Shown piece by piece: positions 47,810-57,641 of a DNA stretch of 64,000 nucleotides. A program made the translations under genes and the position numbers. The stretch comes from Spirochaetota bacterium. GTDB taxonomy: Bacteria; Spirochaetota; UBA4802; UBA5550. Every line of letters begins with the position of its first letter. Within the stretch, counting starts at the first letter, position 1. The notes beneath the pieces are model-generated. The model did not search any database, was not told the origin of the DNA, and saw only the letters and a program-made list of their open reading frames with translations. The stretch is from assembly GCA_050298055.1 (NCBI GenBank), contig JBNKTL010000019.1, forward strand, positions 23,649 through 87,648, in the 5' to 3' direction.

Positions 47810-48574
47810 ATGAACAAACGATTATCAAAAAATTATAAAAATGTTGTGGCCATTGTCCAGGCACGCATGGATTCTTCACGACTCCCGGGTAAAGCCATGG
47901 TTGACCTTGCAGGCAAACCCATGCTTTATCATGTCCTTGAAAGGGCCCGGGCAATAAAAGGTGTGGAAATGGTTGTCCTGGCAACCTGTCCCGGTGAGGA
48001 GAACCGCAAGCTTATTGAACTGGCAAAGTCCATGGAGATCGAGACTTTTCTGGGACCCGAAGACAATGTCCTGGAAAGGTACTATAAAGCATCTGAAAAA
48101 TATCAGGCAAAGCATATTATACGGATCACAGGAGACAACCCTTTTACAGACCCTGACTACGCGTCCATGATCCTGAACATATCCATTGAATCAAACGCCG
48201 ATATCGCATCAATACCCAACCTCCCCCTGGGAGTTGCCGTAGAAGTCATAAAGAAGGACGCCCTTGATAAGGCCTACTATTTCAGCAACAGGGCTTATCA
48301 TTTTGAACATGTGACACCTTATATCAAGGAACACCCCGAACTCTTTAACATAGAGAAACACCCTGTTACCCTCAAAACTCCCTGTGACAACCTGAGGCTG
48401 ACAATCGATACTCCTGAAGATTATGAACTGGCAAATATCCTTTATAACGAACTCTATAACGGAACTCCCTTTCCGCTCCAATCGGCACTTAATTTCTTAT
48501 TCATCAATCCTGACCTTGCTCAAATTAACTGTAATGTTCACCACAGGCCAATGACTCATTCCAGTAATGGATGA
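47810..48574 (+). CDS. SpsF-like cytidylyltransferase
   Basis: QARM-x-S-x-RLPGK, G-x-E-x-x-VL-x-RY, RITGDNP, EHVTPYI, RLTIDT-x-EDY motifs. Confidence 0.88.
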   Translation: MNKRLSKNYKNVVAIVQARMDSSRLPGKAMVDLAGKPMLYHVLERARAIKGVEMVVLATCPGEENRKLIELAKSMEIETFLGPEDNVLERYYKASEKYQAKHIIRITGDNPFTDPDYASMILNISIESNADIASIPNLPLGVAVEVIKKDALDKAYYFSNRAYHFEHVTPYIKEHPELFNIEKHPVTLKTPCDNLRLTIDTPEDYELANILYNELYNGTPFPLQSALNFLFINPDLAQINCNVHHRPMTHSSNG

Positions 48575-49439
48575 AAAATCTGTAACGATAATTACCGGTT
48601 CCGGTAAAGAGCTGGGGACCGGTCACCTTCAACGGATGCTTAACCTTGCATCCTTTATCAACAGATCCGGAACTTTTAAAGCTTTCCTTCTTCACACAGA
48701 GGGTTCAGGGGGATATCCTGTATGCCCTGATATTATCAGTGTAAGCAAAATTCCTGAAGAGACGTCCCTCATTATAAGGGACATGAGAGATTCACAACCA
48801 ACGGAAATAAAAATACTCAGGAAAAAAGCGCCGGTTCTGGTGGTTGATGACGCCGGAGAGGGAAGGTTTCATGCTGATTACAGAGTTGACCTTCTCCCCG
48901 GGCTTTATGAGGAGAATGATCCCCGGGAGGAACTCTTCCTCTATGGCTATAACTTCACTGATTCAGTAAAATCCATTACCGACAAATATATTGAGAAATC
49001 TAACGACCTTCTCATATACGGAAAAGCATTTGGCAACAGCTCTTTTGCGGATGAATTAACCGGGTATCTTCCTCACAGTATTAAATTTAAAATTGCAGAT
49101 TCCGGAATTAAATCTTCATATGCAGAAACACTGATATCATCAAAGATCATACTCACTCATTTCGGGATTATGCTCTACGAGGCCCGCCTTTCCCGTTGCG
49201 GTCTTGTTGTCATTAATCCTTCCCCTTACCACGCAATGCTTACCGATAAGGTATCTGACACATTTCCCGTTCTGGATCTCGGACTGACCTCCACCCTGGA
49301 CTTTAAAAATGCCGCAGAGTCTATAGTTAATATTATTGATAAACATGAGGGGAACAGGGTAGACATAAGAGCAATATATAAAGTGATTACCCAAAATTTA
49401 AGTAACTTTTATGATATGATTGGTGATATAATTAAATAA
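48567..49439 (+). CDS. SpsG/PseG-like GT-B fold protein
   Basis: G-x-GHL-x-R N-terminal motif, RD-x-RDS, VDD-x-G, THFG-x-x-x-YEA; overlaps the spsF-like gene. Confidence 0.6.
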   Translation: MDEKSVTIITGSGKELGTGHLQRMLNLASFINRSGTFKAFLLHTEGSGGYPVCPDIISVSKIPEETSLIIRDMRDSQPTEIKILRKKAPVLVVDDAGEGRFHADYRVDLLPGLYEENDPREELFLYGYNFTDSVKSITDKYIEKSNDLLIYGKAFGNSSFADELTGYLPHSIKFKIADSGIKSSYAETLISSKIILTHFGIMLYEARLSRCGLVVINPSPYHAMLTDKVSDTFPVLDLGLTSTLDFKNAAESIVNIIDKHEGNRVDIRAIYKVITQNLSNFYDMIGDIIK

Positions 49440-49639
49440 AAAGATGAAGTCATGATGACAGAAAAAAGAATTTACTTACATCACAATTGAATTTCTTCCT
49501 TGGTGTAACAAAATCACCCGTATAACCGACTTATCTCCTGAGAGATTAATTGGCAGTTTGAGAAAAATTGCTTTACTCATGACCGGAACTGAAAATAGTG
49601 TAATGTACAAAGATAAAGTGGGAAAAAACAGGCAAAAAA

Positions 49640-50542
49640 ATGACAAAAAGTTGGGCATTTAGATTAATTATAGCAAACGTTGCCGTATATTTTATTGTCG
49701 GATCACTTTTCCCGGGTGAAAGCCAGATGAAAATAACTTACTATTTCGGGCTGATACCGGTACTGGTTCTTCAGAAAGGCTTTATCTGGCAGATATTTAC
49801 CTATATGTTTCTTCACGGGAGCTTTTTGCATCTCTTTGTAAATATGTATGCTCTGCTGATTTTTGGAATCCCTGTTGAAGATTTCTGGGGGAGCAGGAAA
49901 TTCTTCGGATATTTTCTCTTTACCGGTATCGGAGCGGGTATTACCATCTTTCTTCTCAATATAATCATTGGCGGTGAAGCTGCACAAATCCCCACAATAG
50001 GTGCTTCCGGAGCAATTTTCGGGCTTCTCCTTGCCTTCGGAATGCTCTTTCCCGAAGCTCAGATTCTTCTCTTTTTTGTACTGCCGATAAGGGCTAAATA
50101 CCTGGTTCTCCTCTACGGTGGATTTGAACTTTACTCACTGATGTCAAGCATGGGAAACAGCAATATCTCCCATATCGGTCACCTGGGCGGACTTCTCTTC
50201 GGCATAATATACTTCCTTGTAACCAGGAGAAGGGGGATAAAATTCAAATCAAAAAAATTCAGTGCAGTTATATCCAGGAATAATGAGAAGAAGGAGATAA
50301 AGAGCCCTTCTTATAAACAGGATAACAGGTCCTTTCTCCTTAAAACACTGAATAAAGTAAAGGGAGGAGGAGCAGAAAAACTCTCTGACGACGAGTACCA
50401 GCAGCTCAGGTATCTTACCATAATGCTTCAGGATACCACTGATAAATGTGTTGAAGAAGATTTTAACATTACTGATCCCTACTGTGAAAAATGCGAACAT
50501 ATGGAAGCCTGCCTTATCCGTGAGATAAATAAATATATTTAA
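49640..50542 (+). CDS. Rhomboid-family intramembrane serine protease
   Basis: WQ-x-FTYMFLHG, H-x-x-x-NM, GASG, H-x-GHLGG motifs; C-terminal Cys-containing soluble tail. Confidence 0.9.
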   Translation: MTKSWAFRLIIANVAVYFIVGSLFPGESQMKITYYFGLIPVLVLQKGFIWQIFTYMFLHGSFLHLFVNMYALLIFGIPVEDFWGSRKFFGYFLFTGIGAGITIFLLNIIIGGEAAQIPTIGASGAIFGLLLAFGMLFPEAQILLFFVLPIRAKYLVLLYGGFELYSLMSSMGNSNISHIGHLGGLLFGIIYFLVTRRRGIKFKSKKFSAVISRNNEKKEIKSPSYKQDNRSFLLKTLNKVKGGGAEKLSDDEYQQLRYLTIMLQDTTDKCVEEDFNITDPYCEKCEHMEACLIREINKYI

Positions 50543-50594
50543 ACTCACTTCAATTTAATCTTTACAAGGAAACTCACTTTGTTAATTTTAGCAC

Positions 50595-51029
50595 ATGATA
50601 CCGGTCACCATTAAAGTCGATAAGGGTGCAAAGGTACCCGGTTACCAGACTGAAGGTTCCGCAGGTGCCGATATTTACGCATTTCTTGAAAAAGATCTTA
50701 CGATTAAACCGGGAGATATTGAACTTGTTCCCACAGGAATTTATGTTGAAATTCCTGAAGGATACGAAGCACAGATAAGACCCAGGAGCGGGCTGGCACT
50801 AAAACACGGACTGACACTCCTCAATACTCCGGGAACAATCGATTCTGATTACAGGGGTGAGATTAAAATAATTGTTATTAACCATGGGAAGGAAGAATTC
50901 AGAATAACCAGCGGGATGAGGATCGCGCAGATTGTTTTCAACAAGATATACAGAGGCAGGTTCATTGAAGAGACCGAACTGAATGTAACTGCAAGGAATA
51001 AGGGAGGTTTCGGTCACTCAGGGGTATGA
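50595..51029 (+). CDS. dut: dUTP diphosphatase
   Basis: SAGAD, RPRSGLA, PGTIDSDYRGE, RIAQ, R-x-x-GGFGHSG motifs. Confidence 0.96.
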   Translation: MIPVTIKVDKGAKVPGYQTEGSAGADIYAFLEKDLTIKPGDIELVPTGIYVEIPEGYEAQIRPRSGLALKHGLTLLNTPGTIDSDYRGEIKIIVINHGKEEFRITSGMRIAQIVFNKIYRGRFIEETELNVTARNKGGFGHSGV

Positions 51030-52684
51030 CATCAAAGAAAAATCCGAACATTCAGATTATTCCACTGGGCGGACTGGGTGCTATTGGCAAAAATATCACC
51101 CTTTTCGAATACAATGATGATATCATTATTGTTGACTGTGGTATAATGTTTCCCAGCGTGGAAACACCGGGTATAGACTATATTATACCCGACTTCAGCT
51201 ATATTGAAAAAAACAGGGACCGTATACGGGCCATAATAGTAACCCACGGTCATGAAGACCATATAGGGGCACTCCCCTTCCTTCTCCAGAAAATTACTGT
51301 CCCAATTTACGCAACAAAGCTTACAATTGGCCTGATTCAGAGCAGGCTCTCGGAAAGACCTCCCCGGAAAGATCCCCAGTTTATTGAGATTACTCCCCGA
51401 ATGATATCCACAATCGGTTCTTTTCGGGTTGAATTTATCAGGGTAAATCACTCCATTGTGGGCGGAACAGGTCTTGCCATACAGACTGATATGGGTACAA
51501 TAATCCATACAGGGGACTTTAAAATCGACTTTTCCCCGGTAGATGGAGATGTGACCGATATTTACCGCTTCGCGGAATATGGGGAGAAAGGTGTTCTTCT
51601 CCTTATGTCCGACAGTACAAACGCGGAACGTGAGGGTTTTACCCAGTCAGAGTCAATCCTTGATAACAAGCTTATCGACATCTTCTCCTCGGCAAAGGGA
51701 AGAATAATTTTCGCATCCTTTGCGTCCAACATTAATAGAATTCAGCAGATCCTGGATGTTGCACAAAAATTTAACAGAAAGGTCGCCCTTTCCGGGATGA
51801 GTATGCTCAAAAACGTGGAGATCTCAAAATCACTGGGATATCTCAATATAAAAGACAACCTTATCATCGACATTGCAAAAACAAAGGAACTGCCGGACAA
51901 GAAGCTTGTTATTATCGGCACAGGTTCCCAGGGCGAACCCATGTCAGCAATCTACAGGATGGCAATGGGTACCCACAGGAGCTTTAACATTAAGAATGGT
52001 GATTTCGTTATCATTACGGCATCGGTTATACCGGGCAATGAAAAGATGGTTACAAATGTGGTCAACACCCTTATGAAACTCGGCGCTGAAGTCTATTATA
52101 ACAGGGATTCAGATATTCATGTATCGGGACACGGTTCTGCCAAAGAGCTTAAACTTATGATTTCGGTAACAAAACCGAAATTCTTCATGCCCATACACGG
52201 TGAATTTAAACAGCTGAAAGCCCATGCCAGAATCGCAGAATCTCTGAAAATCAAGCAGTCAAGGATCATACTTGCTGAAAACGGAAGCGTCATCAATCTT
52301 TCCAAGAAAAGCTACAAGATCACCAAAACACTGAACCTTTCCCAGATATATGTAGACGGTACTGAAACAGGGAATATTGACAGCAGTCTTATTCGGGAAA
52401 GACAGATCATGTCCAGTGAAGGCATCGTTGTCATTTCTCTTGTTGTTGCCGAGGGAATGCTGATCCGGGAACCGGAGATCCTTACCCGGGGATTTATCAA
52501 ACAGGAGAACACTAAGATCATTAAAAACCTGAAGAACCTGGCAGAGAAGAAGGTTCATAAGATGCTGGAAAAAGAGATGGCTCCGCAGGAGATTAAAATA
52601 AACCTGAAAAAGGATATAAAGAAATCAATTTTCACTTTAACAAAGCGGAGCGCCCTTGTGGAAATACAGGTACTTGATATTTAA
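51026..52684 (+). CDS. rnj: Ribonuclease J
   Basis: PLGG-x-x-x-IGKN, THGHEDHIG, HTGDFK, DSTNA, GSQGEP, HVSGH, PIHGE motifs. Confidence 0.95.
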   Translation: MTSKKNPNIQIIPLGGLGAIGKNITLFEYNDDIIIVDCGIMFPSVETPGIDYIIPDFSYIEKNRDRIRAIIVTHGHEDHIGALPFLLQKITVPIYATKLTIGLIQSRLSERPPRKDPQFIEITPRMISTIGSFRVEFIRVNHSIVGGTGLAIQTDMGTIIHTGDFKIDFSPVDGDVTDIYRFAEYGEKGVLLLMSDSTNAEREGFTQSESILDNKLIDIFSSAKGRIIFASFASNINRIQQILDVAQKFNRKVALSGMSMLKNVEISKSLGYLNIKDNLIIDIAKTKELPDKKLVIIGTGSQGEPMSAIYRMAMGTHRSFNIKNGDFVIITASVIPGNEKMVTNVVNTLMKLGAEVYYNRDSDIHVSGHGSAKELKLMISVTKPKFFMPIHGEFKQLKAHARIAESLKIKQSRIILAENGSVINLSKKSYKITKTLNLSQIYVDGTETGNIDSSLIRERQIMSSEGIVVISLVVAEGMLIREPEILTRGFIKQENTKIIKNLKNLAEKKVHKMLEKEMAPQEIKINLKKDIKKSIFTLTKRSALVEIQVLDI

Positions 52685-52705
52685 AAATTAAAAACGAGAA
52701 TTATA

Positions 52706-53488
52706 ATGACAATTTCAGAATCCATAATACTTGGAATACTGCAGGGATTAACAGAATTTCTCCCCATCAGTTCCTCAGGGCACCTGACACTGACCCAACA
52801 CCTTTTTGGTCTCGGGGATACACCCCTGGTCTTTGATATCTTCCTTCACTTCGCATCACTCCTTGCTGTTCTGATTTTTTTCAGAAGGAAAGTACTCAGC
52901 CTTATCAGGTCCCTTTACAGCAGAAACATGAGAAACGAAAGGTTTGAGATACTCTTTATCTTTATCAGCACATTGATAACAGCAGCGCTACTCCCCCTGA
53001 CAAAACCGGTTGTTCTTCTCATAAAAGGAAGTCCCGCTTATCTTATATTTACTTTTCTCTTTACTGCGCTTATTTTGATTATTGCAGACATCTTACTTAA
53101 GAAGAATCCGTCGCGAAATTCAATTACTCTTAAGGATTCAATTATTACAGGCCTTTTTCAGGGACTGGCTGTTTTTCCGGGAATAAGCCGTTCAGGGAGC
53201 ACCATTTTCGCAGGACTTACTACAGGTCTCAGGGGTGAAAAGGCTGTAGAGTACTCTTTTCTCCTGGCAATACCCGCAATCCTTGGAGCAGTTGTTCTGG
53301 AAGGGAAAAATCTTGAAAATATCTCAATAGATCCTGTTGTTCTCATCTCCGGATGTATTGCGTCATTTATCGTAAGTCTTATCTCACTTCGCCTGCTCGT
53401 CTTTCTGATAAAAAAGACAATGCTGAAACCATTCTCTTTTTACCTTTTTATAGTTGCATTTTTTGTTTTTTACCTTTTCTGGATTTAA
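52706..53488 (+). CDS. uppP: Undecaprenyl-diphosphate phosphatase
   Basis: QGLTEFLPISSSGH and PGISRSGST motifs. Confidence 0.95.
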   Translation: MTISESIILGILQGLTEFLPISSSGHLTLTQHLFGLGDTPLVFDIFLHFASLLAVLIFFRRKVLSLIRSLYSRNMRNERFEILFIFISTLITAALLPLTKPVVLLIKGSPAYLIFTFLFTALILIIADILLKKNPSRNSITLKDSIITGLFQGLAVFPGISRSGSTIFAGLTTGLRGEKAVEYSFLLAIPAILGAVVLEGKNLENISIDPVVLISGCIASFIVSLISLRLLVFLIKKTMLKPFSFYLFIVAFFVFYLFWI

Positions 53489-53594
53489 ATATTCACTTTC
53501 TTCAGCATATCTTGTAATACTTTTATCATATTTTTCCGAAATATATACTAAGAACCGGAACTGCATTGAACAGGCAGTTTCAGAATGATTAACC

Positions 53595-53700
53595 GTAACT
53601 ACTCAGCTATATGGCTACAAAAAGATATACTTGATAAAATTTTAACAATGTGTCCCCACCGCCTTGGGCGGCGGGGACATCTCAGTTATGTTTTTTTAAT
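53595..53700. mobile_element. Truncated MITE copy, reverse orientation
   Basis: GTAACTACTCAGCTATATGGCTA end plus reverse-complement core TGTGTCCCCACCGCCTTGGGCGGCGGGGACATCTCAGTTA; other TIR not found. Confidence 0.7.
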
Positions 53701-53726
53701 ATTTCAATTTTCATGGAGGAAACAGT

Positions 53727-56216
53727 TTGTTTAAGGAGAAACGATATAATGAAGTCCTGGGGATCCTGATAATTCTCATATCCGTTATTCTTCTCCTCTC
53801 CCTGCTGAGTTTTACTATCCAGGACAGGATCAACCTTGCACAGAACACACCTGTTAAAAACATCATGGGACCCGCAGGCGCCTACCTCAGTCACGCATTG
53901 AGAGATGTTTTCGGTTTTTCATCATTTCTTTTTGTTGTCCTGCTGGTTGCAGCGGGATATGAAACAATACAAAACAGGCGAAGGAATGATATCCTTGAAC
54001 ACACGTTTTCCCTGCTCTTTTTCATGATATGCTCAACTGCCCTGCTGACACTTATGAGCAATAAACCTCATTTCCAGACAGGAGGAGTTACTGGCCACTT
54101 TCTCTGCATGTCTCTTGCCTCCGCTTTCGGTGAAACAGGTTCATTTATTGTCGTTCTTATTCTTAATCTCATTGCCCTTGTCCTTGTAGGTGTTGTCTCA
54201 ATATCAGAATTATTTAATAATCCAGAAAAATTTAAAAACCGGATAGCCACGTCTCTTAATAAAATCAAATCCTTTAAAACCGGGAAAAATAAAGCCCCGA
54301 TGAATTTTATTGAAGAAAAACTCTATTCCCGGAAGAAAAAAATCCCCTGGATAACAAAAAAAACAATTGTCTTAAATTACAGTGAGGAATCGGAAAGTAT
54401 CAGGCAGAGCCTCAAATATCTTGAGATGTCCCTTCCCACAATGACCAATACCGGGGAAGAGGAAGAAAACCAGAGTGCGGCAACTACCGGTGAAGAGGAA
54501 ATGATCTATCATGACGGGTATGAGAGGATAAGTTCAGATGATGATGAACGGGAAACTCCTCCCTATGAAGCAGTTATTGACGACTATAAGATCGAACTGG
54601 ACGATGATAATGATATTATTGAAAAAAGATATATGGAGAAACTTGAAGATGATGTTGAAAAGATCTATAAATCTGAAATAATCGATACTGAAGACCTGAA
54701 TGTGAACCTCCAAAATGAGAATCGTGAATTTGAACCTGATAAGACCTTTGTAGTAAATATGAATGAAAAAGCTCCGGAAAAGATAGGGAAGAATATTGAT
54801 CCAATTGATGACATTTCCATTAATGAAGACTATATAATACCCACTGACTATCTTCACACTTCAAAAGAACAGAGTACCGATAACTGGAAAATCGAAATCA
54901 GTAAAAATTCCCAACTCCTTGTCAACGCACTGGCAGATTTTGGAATTGAATCAAAGGTCATAAATGTTAACCGGGGCCCTGTTATTACCCTTTATGAACT
55001 CCAGATCGCTGCCGGAATTAAGGTAAACCGGGTCGTCGGGCTCGCAGATGATATTGCCATGGCCCTGGCTGCCCTGAGGGTCAGGATAGTCGCACCGATC
55101 CCGGGGAAATCAGCCATCGGCGTGGAGATCCCCAACGGGAAAAGGGAGATCGTTACCCTGGGCGATGTTTTGAAATCCCATGAATACCATTCACAGACAG
55201 GGTATCTCAATGTGGCCTTGGGAAAGGATATCCTGGGACATCCCGTCACACTGGATATTAAGACTCTTCCTCATCTCCTTATTGCAGGTGCAACAGGTTC
55301 CGGTAAATCAGTATGTGTTAATTCAATAATAACAAGCCTTATCTACAACTATGATCCCCGGTACCTCAAGTTCATTCTTGTTGATCCCAAAATGGTTGAA
55401 CTGCAGGTATATAATGGTCTTCCCCATCTTCTCACTCCGGTTATTACCGAATCAAAAAAGGCACAGGTTGCCCTGAAGTGGGTGATCTACGAGATGGAGA
55501 GAAGATACAGGCTCCTCTCGGAATGCAACTGCAGGAATATTGAGCGCTATAACAGCCAGTCTGATTCTCTTTTTGAGGTTGAGAAACTTCCCTATATCGT
55601 CACAATTATCGATGAACTTGCCGACCTGATAATGGTGGCAACCAAGGAGGTTGAAGGATATATAACCCGTATCGCCCAGAAGGCGCGGGCGGTAGGAATA
55701 CACCTTGTTCTTGCAACACAGCGCCCCTCAGTGGATGTTATTACCGGTATTATAAAGGCAAACTTTCCAGCCAGGATTGCGTTCCAGGTCGCGCAGAAGA
55801 CCGACTCCCGGACAATACTCGACCAGAACGGAGCGGAAAAACTTCTGGGACAGGGAGATCTCCTTTACCAGTCTCCCATCAGCTCTTTTCCCGTCAGGAT
55901 ACAGGGGACCTATGTGTCCGAAGATGAAATATTGAATATCGTAAACCACCTGGGAAAGAAATACAGGCCTCAATATATTGATATTACCGAATCAGTGGAG
56001 GAAGCTGAGGAGCAGTTTGAGCAGAACAGCGATGGAGATGAACTCTTTGTGGAAGCATTGAAAATCGTTGAAGAGACGAGAAAGGCATCGGCTTCATATC
56101 TCCAGAGAAGACTGAGTATCGGGTACAACAGGGCCGCACGGATAATTGAACTCATGGAAGACAGGGGTTATGTTGGCCCCCAGCAGGGAAGCAAACCGAG
56201 GGAAGTTTTTATTTAA
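53727..56216 (+). CDS. ftsK: DNA translocase FtsK
   Basis: N-terminal TM domain, acidic linker, PHLLIAGATGSGKS, DPKMVEL, IDELADL, ATQRPSVDV, gamma domain LQRRLSIGYNRAARI; TTG start after GGAGG. Confidence 0.96.
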   Translation: MFKEKRYNEVLGILIILISVILLLSLLSFTIQDRINLAQNTPVKNIMGPAGAYLSHALRDVFGFSSFLFVVLLVAAGYETIQNRRRNDILEHTFSLLFFMICSTALLTLMSNKPHFQTGGVTGHFLCMSLASAFGETGSFIVVLILNLIALVLVGVVSISELFNNPEKFKNRIATSLNKIKSFKTGKNKAPMNFIEEKLYSRKKKIPWITKKTIVLNYSEESESIRQSLKYLEMSLPTMTNTGEEEENQSAATTGEEEMIYHDGYERISSDDDERETPPYEAVIDDYKIELDDDNDIIEKRYMEKLEDDVEKIYKSEIIDTEDLNVNLQNENREFEPDKTFVVNMNEKAPEKIGKNIDPIDDISINEDYIIPTDYLHTSKEQSTDNWKIEISKNSQLLVNALADFGIESKVINVNRGPVITLYELQIAAGIKVNRVVGLADDIAMALAALRVRIVAPIPGKSAIGVEIPNGKREIVTLGDVLKSHEYHSQTGYLNVALGKDILGHPVTLDIKTLPHLLIAGATGSGKSVCVNSIITSLIYNYDPRYLKFILVDPKMVELQVYNGLPHLLTPVITESKKAQVALKWVIYEMERRYRLLSECNCRNIERYNSQSDSLFEVEKLPYIVTIIDELADLIMVATKEVEGYITRIAQKARAVGIHLVLATQRPSVDVITGIIKANFPARIAFQVAQKTDSRTILDQNGAEKLLGQGDLLYQSPISSFPVRIQGTYVSEDEILNIVNHLGKKYRPQYIDITESVEEAEEQFEQNSDGDELFVEALKIVEETRKASASYLQRRLSIGYNRAARIIELMEDRGYVGPQQGSKPREVFI

Positions 56217-57087
56217 TCGCAAAGACCTCAACGGTATCTGAGAAACCCGTCATTTTTGCAAAGATCCTGTAGAGTGGACAAAACAGTCTGTAAACAGGTG
56301 ATTTTTTGTTCAAAACCCTTTCCGGATGAAAACCCGCAGGATTCACAAGAACTTTTCTGAAACCGGTCCTTCGCAATAGTCTCTTCAGTGCTGCCGGATG
56401 GAAGTCAAGGCTGTGGTCTTCCGGATGCGTCTCTATCCACTCTTTTCTGTTCAGGATATAAAGCGGTCCAAAAACAGAGGGAAGAGAAAAAGCAAAGACA
56501 CCCCCCTCTTCCAGAATTGTGTAGATCTGTTCTATGACCGAAACGGGATCCGGTGTATGTTCAATAAAATACCAGGCTGTTATGATAGTGTAAACTCTGC
56601 TAAACTCAATTTTTTCAAAGGGCTCATTCCTCACCCTGATGCCGAATTCATTCTTGCAGTAATCAGATGCAAAGCGGGAAATCTCAATCCCCTCCACTTC
56701 CTTAATCCCCCGATCTGATGCGGCTTTAAGAAAAAATCCCGCTGCAGAACCAATGTCAAGGAGGCTGTGATTGTATCTCTCTCCCCGTTCCCCCTTTAAA
56801 CCAAGAATGGTTTTTATTCTTTCAACAGACAGAGAGTATATGGTTTCGAAGTCTTCGATGTAAGTTTTCCCATACTGTTCCCTGTATTCTTCCAGGAAGT
56901 ATTTCTCATTGTATTCGGGAAGGGTGTGCCCGGCATTGAACACGCTTTTGCACTTCCTGCAACAGTGGAGATCACTTCCAAGCGATTCATGATCACCATT
57001 GCTGCAGACAGGACAAGTTATGCCGTGCGGAATCTCTTTGATTTTAGTTTCAGCCGTTCCTCTTTCTCCTCTTGGCCGGCTCAACAA
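56209..57087 (-). CDS. Class I SAM-dependent methyltransferase with N-terminal Zn ribbon (start uncertain)
   Basis: CPVC...CCRKC, LLDIGSAAGFF motif I, GIEIS, W-x-x-IEH; candidate starts ATG 57117/57114, TTG 57087, ACG 57057. Confidence 0.8.
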   Translation of the reverse strand: MLSRPRGERGTAETKIKEIPHGITCPVCSNGDHESLGSDLHCCRKCKSVFNAGHTLPEYNEKYFLEEYREQYGKTYIEDFETIYSLSVERIKTILGLKGERGERYNHSLLDIGSAAGFFLKAASDRGIKEVEGIEISRFASDYCKNEFGIRVRNEPFEKIEFSRVYTIITAWYFIEHTPDPVSVIEQIYTILEEGGVFAFSLPSVFGPLYILNRKEWIETHPEDHSLDFHPAALKRLLRRTGFRKVLVNPAGFHPERVLNKKSPVYRLFCPLYRIFAKMTGFSDTVEVFAIK

Positions 57088-57544
57088 CGACCTTAACTCC
57101 TCTGATCTTGGCATCATCAAAAGAATGATAAACAAGCTCTGCGCTGAATTCGGGGACTTCAAAGAATGAATAGTTGGAATGTATATCAATCTTTCCGATG
57201 GACTTACCGTCAATCCCGGATCTTTTGACAATTTCCCTTATAAGATCACCGGTATTAATATTATGGCTCTTCCCGATATTAATAAAAAGTCTGGCTCTTC
57301 CATCCTTTACGTCTTCAAAGACAATCTTACCGGTTTCAGTTGTACGGTTGAGAAAAATACCCGATGAAAGATCAAGCCGGGATATATCACCCAGAGCTTC
57401 TTTTAAAAGAGCGGCAGCAATTCTTTTTGAGCCATTGAAAAAGGGGAGTTTTTTCTTCATTATTTTTACAAGTCTTTCATAATCCTCAAGTTCATCATTC
57501 AGTGCAATTTCAAGAACCTTTTCTAACTTTTTTTCCTGATTCAT
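57050..57544 (-). CDS. Stand-alone DbpA RNA-binding domain protein
   Basis: RLFINIGK, GDL, IG-x-IDI-x-x-x-YSF-x-EV motifs; no helicase core. Confidence 0.75.
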   Translation of the reverse strand: MNQEKKLEKVLEIALNDELEDYERLVKIMKKKLPFFNGSKRIAAALLKEALGDISRLDLSSGIFLNRTTETGKIVFEDVKDGRARLFINIGKSHNINTGDLIREIVKRSGIDGKSIGKIDIHSNYSFFEVPEFSAELVYHSFDDAKIRGVKVVVEPAKRRKRNG

Positions 57545-57641
57545 CAATAACCTCGCATTTTTGTACCGGATTGGTACTATCATTGTCATGAAAATCTTAA
57601 TTTCTTATCAGCATAAAAAAAATCAAGCAATTTTCCCACTA

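Noticed and set aside
54440..54840. Highly acidic low-complexity stretch in ftsK as an insertion or intein
   Set aside because: Matches the normal variable FtsK linker; no intein or endonuclease motifs
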